Both the position numbers and the translations under genes were made by a program. The notes under the pieces are model-generated. The model was given only the letters and a program-made list of their open reading frames with translations. It was not told where the DNA came from and searched no databases. This document shows, in pieces, positions 1 through 10,944 of a stretch of DNA of 64,000 nucleotides. Origin of the DNA: an uncultured Chloroflexia bacterium (GTDB lineage Bacteria; Chloroflexota; Limnocylindria; Limnocylindrales; CSP1-4); contig CAWKHG010000006.1 of assembly GCA_963849405.1 (NCBI GenBank), forward strand, positions 490,350 through 554,349, written 5' to 3'. Positions within the stretch are counted from its first letter, which is position 1; each line of letters opens with the position of its first letter.

Positions 1-1818
1 CGATAGCGTCTTCCGGAGACCCGACGGCGGCTCATCTCAACCTCGCGCGAGAATGCAACGCCTTCAGTTCGGGCTGGTTCCGGATCGACGAGATCGCCTG
101 GTCGGGCTCCACCCTCGACAAGCTTTCGGTCGACATCGTCTGCGTCCCCGAGGATGGGTTCCCGGTCGCAGCGCAGTTCCGCTACCACTCGCAGCGGCCG
201 ATCGTCGACATGACCCAGAGCGTGGACGAGCTGCATTTCCCGGTGACGCCCGTTGGCCAGGTGTCTGCCCCACAGTCCGTCACGCTGCGCAACCGTGGTG
301 GCGTAGCCATCGTGGTGGCCACGTCTGGCATCGCCCATGTCGACCCGCTGTCGCCGAACTTCGACGACGTCACGGACTTCGCGGTCGTCGCCGACGGTTG
401 CCGGGGTCGGACCCTCGCACCGGGGGACACCTGTTCGATCAGCGTCCGCTTCGCGCCCCACGACCGACGGCTCGTCCAGCGCTTCGCTTTCCTCGAGATC
501 AACGACAGTACCGTGAGCGGGGTGCGCAGGGTGGGACTCTTCGGCCAGGCACTCCGGGCGACACGTCTCACGATCGCCCCGGATGCCCCGGTCAGTGTGC
601 GCACCGAAGCCGAGGCGCCGATCCGGCCGCTCCTCGACACGGGCGTCGGGTCGGATTGCTGGTTCGTGCCGCAGTTCACCTGGTACGTGGATGGGACGCT
701 GTACGGCACGAGCTCGAACATCGACGCGGACCGCGCCGCGATCACCGTCCAGCCGCTCGGGGAGCACAGGATCCGGGCTCAGTACGGGGGAAGCCAATAC
801 TGCGCCGCTGCGACCAGCAACGAGATCACGCTGCTGGTGGTCTCGAAGCCCCAGATCGAGTGGTCCGTCTACGAAGAAGCCGACGACCCGGGCACCTTCT
901 GGATCCAGACGTATCCGTCTGCGGTCGTCGACCTTGCCCACCCGGACACCGGCGCGATGTTCACGCTTCGCGATGACAGCACCGGCGAGATCCTCGCCGA
1001 GATCGTGCTTCCGTCGTTCTCGACCGGCGGTCGGGGCATCTCGCTGCGGCACGTGCCGATCGTGGGCACCCACACCCTCCGGGCGACGTACAGCGGCGTC
1101 GCCCCCTTGTACCTTCCTTCCGAGTCGACCTACATCGTGAGCGGCGAACCCGACCTCGTTGCTCCGACCGCCACCGCTGCCGGTCGCGTCGCTGGTCGGC
1201 AAGGTGGTCGCCGGCACGACATCGGTACCCGTGAAACTCGCCTGGACCGGCACGGACGGGGATTCTGGAGTCGCCGGCTACGACCTCGAGCAGCGGATCG
1301 ACGGCGGTGGGTGGACGGCGCTCACCACCAACACGCGCGCTCGGTCTGTCACCCTGCCGCTGAACTTCGGCCACACGTACGACGTGCGCGTTCGAGCGAC
1401 CGATGGCTCGGGCAATGTCGGCGTCTGGGTGCAGGGCGCCCCGATCCTCCTCAGCGGGTTCTCGGAGCGCAGCGCACGGATCGCCTACCGCGGCAACTGG
1501 CGGGACGCGCGGTCCGCCTCGTTCCAGGGCGGCGCCGACCGTTATGCGACGACGAGCACGGCGCGGGCAACGTTCCGCTTCGTCGGCCGCTCGGTCGAGT
1601 GGGTCTCGGCCATCGGCCCCACCCGTGGGACGGCGCGCATCTTCGTGGACGGCATCTACGTCGGTACCGTCAACCTCCATGCCGTGAAGAGCGGCGCGCG
1701 CCGGATCGTGTGGTCCAGGTCATGGAGCAGCGCAGGCACCCACACGGTGGTCATCCGAGTCGGCGCCACGTCGGGTCACCCACGAACCGACCTCGACACG
1801 CTCGTTGTGTTGAACTGA
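1..1818 (+). pseudogene. 5'-partial secreted/cell-surface multidomain protein (ASH/choice-of-anchor-D-like Ig domains, FN3-like segment, C-terminal ~110-aa domain shared with the 4697-6490 gene). Reading frame breaks near 1140-1200.
   Basis: The frame of ORF 210..1901 is open from base 3 and gives real-looking protein up to ~1140, then degenerates to Arg/Gly noise. The conserved sequence continues in ORF 1159..1818 (KLAWTGTDGDSGVAGYDLEQRIDGG...TVVIRVGATSG). That C-terminal block is paralogous to the C-terminus of 4697..6490. Confidence 0.55.
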
Positions 1819-1842
1819 GGGTCTGCTTCTTCGGATTCGCGA

Positions 1843-3246
1843 CTACGGCGCGATGTTGTGGTTCAGGTGGAAGACGTTGTCGGGATCCCAGGCCCGCTTG
1901 AGGGCCGTGAGCCGCTCGAGCTTCGCGTCGCCGTAGATGGCGCGCGTCACCTCGGGCCCGGTCTCGGCGTTCTCGTTCGCGTAGCGGCCGGCGACCCGGC
2001 GGGTGTCGGGCTCGACGATCGCCATCGCCCGGCGCACCCAGCCGACCTGCATCTCGTCGTCGGCGGGGTCCTCCCACGCCGTGTCGGCGCTCACGTCGAA
2101 CCGGGCGTTCCTGCCGGTGAACGCCATCGCATCATCCGGGACGCGTCCGATGGCGCCGCCCTGGACCGTGATCGAGAAGGAGCACCCTTCGGGCCCGCGG
2201 GCGACGTGCTCCACGATCGCGTCGAGGGCCTCCGGGCGGACGTCGTCGGCATAGGCGCCCAGGATGTAGGTCCGGTGGCCCGGTCCCATCGCGAGGTCGT
2301 TCGCAGTCTGCACCTCCAGGTACGGCTGGCTCCCGCCGGTGAGCGAGACCGGCTCGGGACCCTTCAGGATCGGGCCGAGATCGCGATCGACGGCGGCGGC
2401 GTCGCCACTGTGGTTGTAGCCGACGACCACGATCGGCTTGCCGGCGACCGACCCGGGGTACTCCTCGGCAGGCTCCGCGCGGCTGATGGCCAGGATCAGC
2501 GAGACCGTGTCCGGCAGGGCGCGCGGCGTACTCGCGGACGATCGGCCATACCTCATGGACCTGCGATGCGGGGTGGATCCGCGCCCCGCGGTGGAGCAGC
2601 GGACCGAACTCGCGCAGGCCGAACTCGAACGCCGTGACCACCCCGAAGTTGGGACCGGCGCCCCGGATGCCCCAGAAGAGCTCGGGCTCCTCGGTCTCGC
2701 TCGCCCGGATCGTGCGGCCGTCGGCCGTCACGAGCTCGACCGCCTGCAGGTTGTCGATCGTCAGGCCGAAATTGCGCTGGAGCCGGCCCACGCCGCCTCC
2801 GAGGGTGAGGCCGGCGACCCCGGTATGGCCGATCACGCCGATCGGGCACACGAGGCCGTGCGCCTGCGCGGCGACGTCGAGCTCGCCGAGGAGCGCGCCG
2901 CCGTTCGCACGGGCGATCGCGCCGCGTCGGCGTCCACGGTCACGCCGCGCATCCCGGACATGTCGATCACGAGGCCACCGTCCGTCGTCGAGTGTCCGCT
3001 CGCGCTGTGGCCGCCCGACCGGACGGCGATCTCGAGGTCGTGCTCCCGCCCGAACCGGATCGCCGTGGCCACATCGCCGACGCTCGCGGGCCGGACGAGG
3101 AGCGCGGGCCGCCGGTCGAACACCGCGTTCCAGACGCGGCGCGCCTCGTCGTAGACCGCGTCGCTCGGCGTGATGACCTGGCCGCCGCAGGCCTGGCGCA
3201 GGCGGTCGAGATGTCCCGGATCGAGCCCCATCAGCGCTTCGGCCAT
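1843..3246 (-). pseudogene. FAD-binding oxidoreductase, berberine-bridge/PCMH type (FAD_binding_4 + BBE C-terminal), split into three frames
   Basis: ORFs 2833..3246 ([15 protein letters not shown]-binding N-term), 2132..2851 (GVAGLTLGGGVG...LFWGIRGAGPNFGVVT) and 1843..2556 (C-term ...RAWDPDNVFHLNHNIAP) are consecutive parts of one protein in different frames. Confidence 0.6.
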
Positions 3247-3374
3247 GCCTTCGGCCTCCGTTCGTCGCGGTTCGGATCGTCAGGAGCGACCTTACCCGCT
3301 CGCCCGATCGCGCGCGCGACAGGCGGGCGAGAACGAGGCGTCCGCCCTCGGCGCGGGGCGGCGGGAGTGGGCCG

Positions 3375-4614
3375 TCAGGCGGTGTCGCCGGCGTGGACGA
3401 TATGGTCGAACTGCCGCCACAGGATGGCGACGAGCAGCGCCGAGCCGATGAACCCGAACCAGAACGGGGCCGTGATCCCGAACGTACGCGCCAGCAGCCC
3501 CCCGATCGGTGTCCCGATCACCATCCCGCCGACGATCGCGACCCGATAAACGCCGCCCACCCGTCCAAGGAGCTCGTCGGGGACCGCGCGCTGGCGGACG
3601 ACGGTCGAGGTGGTGCCCCACACGAACTCGTGCGCGCCGAAGACCACCAGGGTCGCGAGCGCGACCGCCGCCGACGTCGTCAGGGCCAATACGAGATGCG
3701 TGGCGGTCTCGATGAGGAGGCCAACGCGCATGATGTCGGCCAGCGAGAAGCGCCGCTCCAGGCGCCCGTAGATCGCGAGCCCGATGAGGCCGCCGATGGC
3801 GGCGGCGGTCGTCAGGAGCCCGAATCCGACCTCGTCCATGCCGAGGCGCTCGATCGCGTACAGCACGAGCACCGACCAGGCTGCGCCGAACGTGACGTTG
3901 AACATGACGATCGTGAGTGCCAGCGTCCGCATCGGCGGATGCGCGACGAGCCAGCGGATCCCTTCCACCATCTCGGCCCGCAGGCTGCTCGTCGCTCCCC
4001 GACCGCTCGCGGGCGCCCGTGACGACGCGCGAAACGAGCACCGCGCCGAGCGCGAAGCACGCCGCGTTCGTCGCGAATGGCAGGAACATGCCCGCAGCGA
4101 ACAGGAACGCGCCGATCGGCGGCGCCAGGAGCTGGTTGGTGAGGACGGACGCGCCCTGCATCCGGGCATTGGCGATGCCCAGGTCCTCGCGAGCAACGAG
4201 ACTCGGTATCAGCGTGCTGCCCGCGGCGTCCGCGAAGTTCTCCGCCGTCCCGAGGATGAACAGGACGATCAGGACGACCGCGATATTGACGGTACCCGAG
4301 ACGATCACCGCCACCAGGGCCGTCAGGACCACCGCGCGGCCGATGTTCACCACGATGACCATCCGCTGGCGGTCGAACCGGTCCGCCAGGGCCCCGCTCA
4401 GGACGCCGAAGAGCAGGGCCGGCAGGTATTCGCTCAGGAGCGCCATCGAGACGAGGAACGGATCGCGCGTCTGCGACGCGACGAGCAGCGGGCCGGCCGA
4501 GATCACGACCCCGTCGCCGACGTTGTTGATGACCGTCGCGGCCAGGAGCCAGCGGAAGCTCCGCCCGAGCCTCCGCGGCGCGATGGCCTCGGTCAGCCGC
4601 TCGGTCGGTCGCAC
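3375..4614 (-). pseudogene. MFS transporter (frameshift near 4000-4060)
   Basis: ORF 3292..4614 carries the N-terminal MFS helices (LLAATVINNVGDGVVISAGPLLV...). ORF 3375..4196 carries the C-terminal helices (LALTIVMFNVTFGAAWSVLVLYAIE...). Confidence 0.6.
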
Positions 4615-4696
4615 GCGGGAGAGGGTATCAACGCCCGGCTGCGCCGGTCAGGTTACGGCCCGTGGCGGTCGGGTCGCCCGGCGCGATGAGCCTGGG

Positions 4697-6490
4697 TCAG
4701 CGCCAGCCGATCGCGTCGATCGTGATCACCGGTCGTCCGGACGTCGCGAGGTTCGTGATGACGACCGTGTGCGCACCGGCGCTCAGCCACTTCGAGAGGA
4801 GCAGCTCGCGGTAGTGCGTCGAGGTCGCCCGTCGACCGCCATGGAGACCGGAGTCCACGATGTAGCTCTTCCCGTCGATCGTGACCCGCATCTTGCCCTT
4901 GCTCACGCCGGTCGTTCCGATGAGATAGAAGCGATCGCCGGTGAAGTGCACGACCATCGTGGCGCCCGCGCGGCTGGTCGAGGTCTCCGTGCCGCGGAAG
5001 GCTGCCGAGTTGTGGCGCCGGACTGTCCCGAGGTCGAACTGGAAGGAGCGGTCATCCCTGGGGACGATGACCTTGACCTCCTTCCATGCTGTGACATTGC
5101 CGATGGCGTCGCGGGCGGCCACGGCGATGTACCAGGTGCCCGCGCCGAGGTTCGCGAACGTCCGCGAACGTCCGGCCTGGGAGGTGACGGACGACCACGT
5201 GCCCGTCGCGCCCTTCTTGGTCTTGATGAGGTAGCGGGTCACGGCCTTGTTGTCGGTCGCCCGGAAGTTGACGACGAAGGAGCCGTTCGCCGAGCGCACG
5301 AGCAGTGGAGCGGAGAGTTCGCGCATCACCGGGACGCTCGCGTCCACGACGACGTCGATGTACCGCCAGGCCGACCAGTTCCCGGCGGCGTCCGTCGCCC
5401 GGACGCCGATCCGCCACGACCCGCTCGCGAGGCTGAGGACGCCCGCCGCCGGCATGGCCACGGGCGCCGACCACGAGTGCGTGCCCCGCCGGGTCCGTAC
5501 CTGGTAGCCGGTGACCCCGAGGTTGTCCTTGGCCGAGAAATGGATCTGGAACCGGCCGGGGACCTTCGCCGGGGCGTTGAGGCCGGTCATCTTCGGCACG
5601 GCGTCGTCCGGCAGGAGGGTCATCACGGCGGTGATGTTCCGGAGGTACTGGAGGTGGCGAGTGCTTCCCTCGTGAGTGCCCAGCCAGTGGGCGCTTGCCT
5701 GGCTGATGGTCACGTAGCCGGCCCCGTCGTACACGACGACCAGGTGCGCGAAGGCCTTGACTCCAGCCAGCCAGCTCGGGAACCTGGCGTACGTGTAGCC
5801 GTTGCCCGGGGCGTAAGGCGTGGCGCCGTACACGTCCTGCCACGAGTGGTAGAGCATGTTGCCCCAGTTCAGGGTCGTCCTCGCGTAGCCCTTCGTGCCG
5901 GAGGCGCTCTCGGCCTGGAAGAGCCCCAGCGCGAATGCCGGGTTGACGCCGCTGCTCAGGAGCTCGCTGTAGATCGCGGAACCGGACGAGTACGCGGGCG
6001 AGTTCGTCGCGCGCAGGCGATCGATGAACGAGGCCCGGGTGATCGTGGGCCCGGCGAGGATGTGGTCGGCGGCGTGATTGGCGGTCGGCGGGGCCGGACA
6101 GAGCGAGCGGTTGAGGGTCGCGCTCGCCGTGCCGGTGACTCCGTCGGCGTCGGTGATCGTGACGGTCACGCTCTGCGTGGTGATCGAACAGTTGTTGACG
6201 AGGCGCTTGGTCAGGACCGCGGCGGTGGCGTTCCCACTGGCCTTCGCGACGCCGCGCACGGAGAACACGTAGTGGTAGGGCGCGGTGAAGCCGGCGAAGT
6301 GCCCGGTGACGTCAACGCTCTCGAGGTTCGTGGGGCCGATGCTCACCGCCGCCTGGGTGATCGACACGGTGATCGGGCCGGCGGCCGCGGTGGACGCGGG
6401 AGCGGCCAGCGACCCCAGCGCGACGAGGGTCACGAATGCGGTTGCCAGGATGCGTCGGAGTGCGCCAGGGACGCCGGAATTCAGGAACAC
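4697..6490 (-). CDS. secreted cell-wall hydrolase candidate: signal peptide, Ig-like region, glucosaminidase-like domain, three FN3-like repeats, C-terminal domain shared with 1..1818
   Basis: N-terminal signal peptide MFLNSGVPGALRRILATAFVTLVALGSLAAPASTAAA. Glucosaminidase-like motif FALGLFQAESASGTKGY...TTLNWGNM. Repeated GVTGYQV/TRYLIKT FN3-like blocks. Intact 597-aa ORF. Confidence 0.65.
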   Translation of the reverse strand: MFLNSGVPGALRRILATAFVTLVALGSLAAPASTAAAGPITVSITQAAVSIGPTNLESVDVTGHFAGFTAPYHYVFSVRGVAKASGNATAAVLTKRLVNNCSITTQSVTVTITDADGVTGTASATLNRSLCPAPPTANHAADHILAGPTITRASFIDRLRATNSPAYSSGSAIYSELLSSGVNPAFALGLFQAESASGTKGYARTTLNWGNMLYHSWQDVYGATPYAPGNGYTYARFPSWLAGVKAFAHLVVVYDGAGYVTISQASAHWLGTHEGSTRHLQYLRNITAVMTLLPDDAVPKMTGLNAPAKVPGRFQIHFSAKDNLGVTGYQVRTRRGTHSWSAPVAMPAAGVLSLASGSWRIGVRATDAAGNWSAWRYIDVVVDASVPVMRELSAPLLVRSANGSFVVNFRATDNKAVTRYLIKTKKGATGTWSSVTSQAGRSRTFANLGAGTWYIAVAARDAIGNVTAWKEVKVIVPRDDRSFQFDLGTVRRHNSAAFRGTETSTSRAGATMVVHFTGDRFYLIGTTGVSKGKMRVTIDGKSYIVDSGLHGGRRATSTHYRELLLSKWLSAGAHTVVITNLATSGRPVITIDAIGWR

Positions 6491-6670
6491 GTGCAGCTGC
6501 GGTCGAGTCCGCCCTCCAGATGGTGAGCCTCTGAGGTGTCTCGTTCAGGTCGCGTGCGACCGGCGACAAGGGTAACCCGGGTGCGCAACCCGGTCGACAG
6601 TACTCATGTAAGGCGTTGCGGCCGGTATGCTGGTCCGAAGAGAAGAGACCTGCACGGAACGGAGAACCGC

Positions 6671-7042
6671 ATGGATTTCAACAGCATCCTCATCGGGTCG
6701 GAGGACCCGCAACGGCTCGTGGAGTACTACAGCAAGGTCCTTGGCGCGCCGACGTTCTCGGACGGCGGCTACACGGGCTGGCAGATCGGATCCGGGTTCG
6801 TGACGGTCGGGCCCCACAGCGAGGTCAAGGGCCGCAACGCCGCGCCCGGCCGGCTCATCTGGAACATCGAGTCCAAGGACGTCGCCGGCGACTTCGCGCG
6901 GATGAAGGCGGCCGGAGCGATCGTCATCGCCGAGCCGTACAGCTTCGAGGGCGCGCCCGGCTCATCGATCGCGACGTTCGCCGATCCGGACGACAACTAC
7001 TTCCAGGTCATGACCGCGATGGAGCCGCCGCCCGGCAGCTAG
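6671..7042 (+). CDS. VOC (glyoxalase/bleomycin-resistance fold) family protein
   Basis: MDFNSILIGSEDPQRLVEYYSKVLG...ADPDDNYFQVM. Start taken at the internal Met of ORF 6536..7042. Confidence 0.65.
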   Translation: MDFNSILIGSEDPQRLVEYYSKVLGAPTFSDGGYTGWQIGSGFVTVGPHSEVKGRNAAPGRLIWNIESKDVAGDFARMKAAGAIVIAEPYSFEGAPGSSIATFADPDDNYFQVMTAMEPPPGS

Positions 7043-8049
7043 CCCGGCCCGACCGCCGCGGGGCCGTCGATCGTGACGATGACCTTGCCCTTCGCGTGGC
7101 CGTCATCCACCCAGCGGAGGGCGTCCACGACCTCGCTCAGCGGGTAGCGCCGGTCGATGGACGGCTTGACCAGGCCACCCGCGATCAGCTGCTTGAGCGT
7201 GGCCACGTCCTCAGGGTCGAACGGCTTCCACCACAACAGGAGGCCGCTCCAGCGATCACTGAATTGCGAGATCAGCGGCCCGACGATGAGCGCCGCGAGG
7301 ATCGGCAGGGACGTCCCGCCGAGCGTGACGTAGACGCCATTGGGCTTCAGCGAGCGCCGGACGCGCAGGATCGAATGGTGCGAGTCCGTGTCGACGATCC
7401 AGTCGTACTTCTCGCCGGTCTTCGTGTAGTTCACGCGCTTGTAGTCGATCACGTGATCGGCGCCGAGCGACCGGACGAAGTCCACCTTGTCCGTGCTGCA
7501 GACGCCGGTCACCTCGGCCCCCAGCGCCTTGGCGACCTGGACCGCGAACGGGCCGACGTTGCCGGACGCCCCGTCGATGAGGACGCGGTCGCCCGGCTTG
7601 ACCGTCCGGCCGTTCCTGAGGCGCAGGCCCTGGAGGGCCAGGATCGCGGAATGCGGGAGAGCAGCGGCCTCCTCGAGCGACATGCCGGCCGGGATCGTCT
7701 GGAAGGCCCTCTCCGTGGCGCACACGTACTCGGCGAACGCACCCTGACCGCGGTAGGCGAACATGTCGCCGAACACCTGGTCGCCCGGCCTGAAGCGGGT
7801 CACGTTGGGCCCGACGGCCTCCACGACACCGGCCGCATCGAGGCCGATCCGATGGTCCCGGGGTGCGCGAACACCCATGAACAGGCGCACGAACTGCGGT
7901 CGCGGCGTGAGCCCGTCGAGATCGGCCCGGTTGACGGACGCGGCGTGCACGCGCACGAGCACCTGGTCCTCCGCAGGTTCGGGACGGTCCACGTCCGTCA
8001 CGTGCACCACGTCTGTCGAGCCGTACCGCTCGTAGACCGCAGCCTTCAT
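7039..8049 (-). CDS. NAD(P)-dependent alcohol dehydrogenase / quinone oxidoreductase (MDR superfamily)
   Basis: MKAAVYERYGS...GASGNVGPFAVQVAKALGAEVTGV Rossmann motif. Intact 336 aa. Confidence 0.75.
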   Translation of the reverse strand: MKAAVYERYGSTDVVHVTDVDRPEPAEDQVLVRVHAASVNRADLDGLTPRPQFVRLFMGVRAPRDHRIGLDAAGVVEAVGPNVTRFRPGDQVFGDMFAYRGQGAFAEYVCATERAFQTIPAGMSLEEAAALPHSAILALQGLRLRNGRTVKPGDRVLIDGASGNVGPFAVQVAKALGAEVTGVCSTDKVDFVRSLGADHVIDYKRVNYTKTGEKYDWIVDTDSHHSILRVRRSLKPNGVYVTLGGTSLPILAALIVGPLISQFSDRWSGLLLWWKPFDPEDVATLKQLIAGGLVKPSIDRRYPLSEVVDALRWVDDGHAKGKVIVTIDGPAAVGPG

Positions 8050-8071
8050 GCAGGAAGGGTACCGCCGCGAA

Positions 8072-8467
8072 TCAGTGCGCCTTCGCGATCTCCCAGATAT
8101 GGCCGGCCGGGTCGCGGAAGCTGGCCGTCCGGATGCCCCACGGGCGGTCCATCGGCCCGTTGAGCAGCTCCACGCCGCGCTGGGTCAGGTCCGCGCACAT
8201 GGCGTCCACGTCATCGACATCGATCGTGAACTGCATCCTTGCGCCGGCGTCGGGCGGCGCGACCACGGCCGGCGCGATGAGCTCGGGAGCAGCGTCCGTC
8301 TTGAGCAGGTTGATGAGCGTGTTCCGGAAGTGGAACACGGCCGACGCGTCGTCCTCGAACATGATCGGCAGGCCGAAGGCGCGCCCGTAGAACTGCTTGG
8401 CTGCGTCGAGGTCCTCGACGAACAGGGTGATCGCGCTGATACCGCTCGGCCACGAGGCCATGGTCAC
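8072..8467 (-). CDS. VOC family protein
   Basis: ITLFVEDLDAAKQFYGRAFG...RDPAGHIWEI. Confidence 0.65.
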   Translation of the reverse strand: MTMASWPSGISAITLFVEDLDAAKQFYGRAFGLPIMFEDDASAVFHFRNTLINLLKTDAAPELIAPAVVAPPDAGARMQFTIDVDDVDAMCADLTQRGVELLNGPMDRPWGIRTASFRDPAGHIWEIAKAH

Positions 8468-8568
8468 GTCCTTCCTTTGGTCGACGGCCGATCCGGCCTC
8501 GCCCTAGAGACACCGTTCGGACCAAAAGCTCATCGGCACGAAACCGTCGCTCGGCCTATCGTGATGCC

Positions 8569-9985
8569 ATGGCACTCACGGCGTCCCCTCCCCCGCACGC
8601 GGACCGGCATCGGGTCCTGATCGTCGGCGGCGGGTTCGGCGGCCTGTACGCGGCGCGCAAGCTGAGCCGCGACGAGCGGGTCACGGTCACGCTCGTGGAC
8701 CGGCGCAACTTCCATCTCTTCCAGCCGCTGCTCTACCAGGTCGCGACCGGCGCGCTCAGCCCGGGCGAGATCGCCCAGCCGCTGCGCTCGATCTTCCGCA
8801 AGCGCCCGAACACGACCGTGCTGCTCGGCGAGGCGGTCGCGCTCGATCCGGTCAAGCGCGAGGTCGGCATGTCCGACGGCGGGCCGATCGGCTACGACTC
8901 GCTCATCGTCGCGACCGGCACGCGGCACTCGTACTTCGGGCACGACGAGTGGGCGAAGGACGCGCCGGGCCTCAAGTCGATCGACGACGCGCTCGAGATC
9001 CGCCGGCGGATCCTCATCGCCTTCGAGGCGGCCGAACGGGAAGCCGACCCGAAGCGGCGGGCCGAATGGATGACGTTCGTCGTCGTTGGCGCCGGACCGA
9101 CCGGGCGCGGAGCTGGCCGGCGCGCTCGGCGAGATCGCCAAGGACACCCTGAAGCGCGACTTCCGCTCCATCGACCCGACCCACTCGCGGATCGTCCTGA
9201 TCGAGGCGATGGAACGCGTCCTGCCGCCGTACCCGAAGGATCGCTCGGCCTCGGCGCGGCGCCAGCTCGAGCGACTCGGGGTCACGGTCCGGACGGACAC
9301 GAAGGTCGTCGGGATCGACGACCGCTCGGTCCATCTCGAGGTCGACGGCAAGGAGGAGGTGCTGCCCGCGCGGACCGTCCTCTGGGCGGCCGGCGTCCAG
9401 GCCTCGAGCTTCGCCCGCGTCGTCTCCCAGGCGACCGGCGCCGAGACGGACCGCAACGGCCGGATCGTCGTGGGTCCGACCTGTCGATCCCCGGTCATCC
9501 CGAGATCTTCGTCGTCGGCGACGTCGCATCGCGGCTGCGGCGCGACGGCCGGCCGGTGCCGGGCGTCGCCCAGGGGGCGATCCAGGGCGGGTCGTACGCC
9601 GCCGGCGCGATCCTGCGCCGCCTCGACGGCGAGCCCACGAAGCCGTTCAAGTACTCGAACCGCGGCGAGGTCGCCGATCATCGGGCGGCTGTCCGGCGTC
9701 ACCGACATCCCCTGGCTCGGGCCCTTCGGCCGCCAGAGCGGCTTCATCGCCTGGCTGCTGTGGCTGGGCATCCACATCGCGTACCTCATCGGGTTCGCCA
9801 ATCGGATCGTCGTGCTCACGCGGTGGGCCTGGTCGTTCGTGACCCACGGACGTGGCTCGCGGTTGATCACGGGCGAGCCGCACCTGCCGCCCATCGAGGC
9901 GCCAGAACCGCCGGCGACTCAGACGGCGTCCGCGTCAGCGTCCGAACCGACAGCGAAGGAGCGTGATCCATCACTCGTGGGGTGA
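8569..9985 (+). pseudogene. ndh: type II NADH:quinone oxidoreductase (NDH-2), at least 3 frame shifts
   Basis: ILIVGGGFGGLYAARKL dinucleotide motif in ORF 8569... Continuation (LAGALGEIAKDTLKRDF..., IFVVGDVASRL..., C-terminal membrane-anchor helices) alternates between ORF 8569..9966 and ORF 9086..9985. Confidence 0.65.
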
Positions 9986-10100
9986 GGCCGGCGCGGCGGG
10001 TTCCCAGGCCGTCGGGACACGTCGACCGATGAGTACGCGGCGCTGATCCGGTCTGATCGGTAGCGGACCACGCATCGAAGCCGCGAAGGAGGAACCTACC

Positions 10101-10934
10101 GTGACGACGACCGAACAGGCACAAGCAGCCCAGGGTGCCGGCACATACGCCGAGATCAACGGCATCCGCCTCTACTACGAGATCCACGGCTCTGGTCGGC
10201 CCGTGATCTTGCTGCACGGCGGCCTCATGTCCGGCGAGGCGTTCGGGCCACTCCTCCCGGCGCTCGCCGCCGGCCACAAGGTGATCGTGCCCGACCTCCA
10301 GGGGCACGGCCGAACGGCCGACATCGACCGGCCGATCGACCCGCGCCTGATGGCCGGCGACATCGTCGCGCTCATCGGCCACCTCGGGCTCGACAAGCCC
10401 GATCTCGTTGGGTACTCGCTGGGTGGCGGCGTCGCGTTCCATGCAGCGGTCGCGCACCCGGAGCTGGTCCGGCGCCTCGCGATCGCGTCGACGAATGTCA
10501 CGCGCAACGCGATCTATCCGGCGATGCTCGGCCAGCAGGGCCAGGTGAGTGCCGCGGCGGCCGAGTTCATGAAGCAGACGCCGATGTACCAGCTCTACGC
10601 GCGGGTGGCGCCAAGGCCGGAGGACTTCCCGCGACTCCTCGAGAAGATGGGCCAGTCGATGGCCAAGGACTTCGACTTCCGCGAGGAGGTCCGCGGCATC
10701 AAGGTGCCGATGCTGTTCGCCGCCGCGGACGCCGACATGTTCCCGCCGAGCCATGCGGTCGAGGTCTGGGAGCTGCTCGGCGGCGGCCAGCGTGACGCCG
10801 GCTGGCAGGGCGAGGACCGACCGGCGGGCGGGCACGCCTTGGCGATCATCCCGGGCGCCACGCACTACAACATGCCCGAGTCTCCCGTCCTGGCGGCAGC
10901 GGTGCTGGCCTTCCTCGACGCCCCAGAGGCCTGA
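10101..10934 (+). CDS. alpha/beta hydrolase
   Basis: HGGLMSGEAF...LVGYSLGGGVA nucleophile elbow (GYSLGG). Intact. Confidence 0.75.
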   Translation: MTTTEQAQAAQGAGTYAEINGIRLYYEIHGSGRPVILLHGGLMSGEAFGPLLPALAAGHKVIVPDLQGHGRTADIDRPIDPRLMAGDIVALIGHLGLDKPDLVGYSLGGGVAFHAAVAHPELVRRLAIASTNVTRNAIYPAMLGQQGQVSAAAAEFMKQTPMYQLYARVAPRPEDFPRLLEKMGQSMAKDFDFREEVRGIKVPMLFAAADADMFPPSHAVEVWELLGGGQRDAGWQGEDRPAGGHALAIIPGATHYNMPESPVLAAAVLAFLDAPEA

Positions 10935-10944
10935 GGCGCGCTCA

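Noticed and set aside
3917-6526. 869-aa plus-strand ORF
   Set aside because: It is antisense to the MFS transporter and the glucosaminidase-FN3 gene. Composition is dominated by R/A/G/D with no recognisable motifs.
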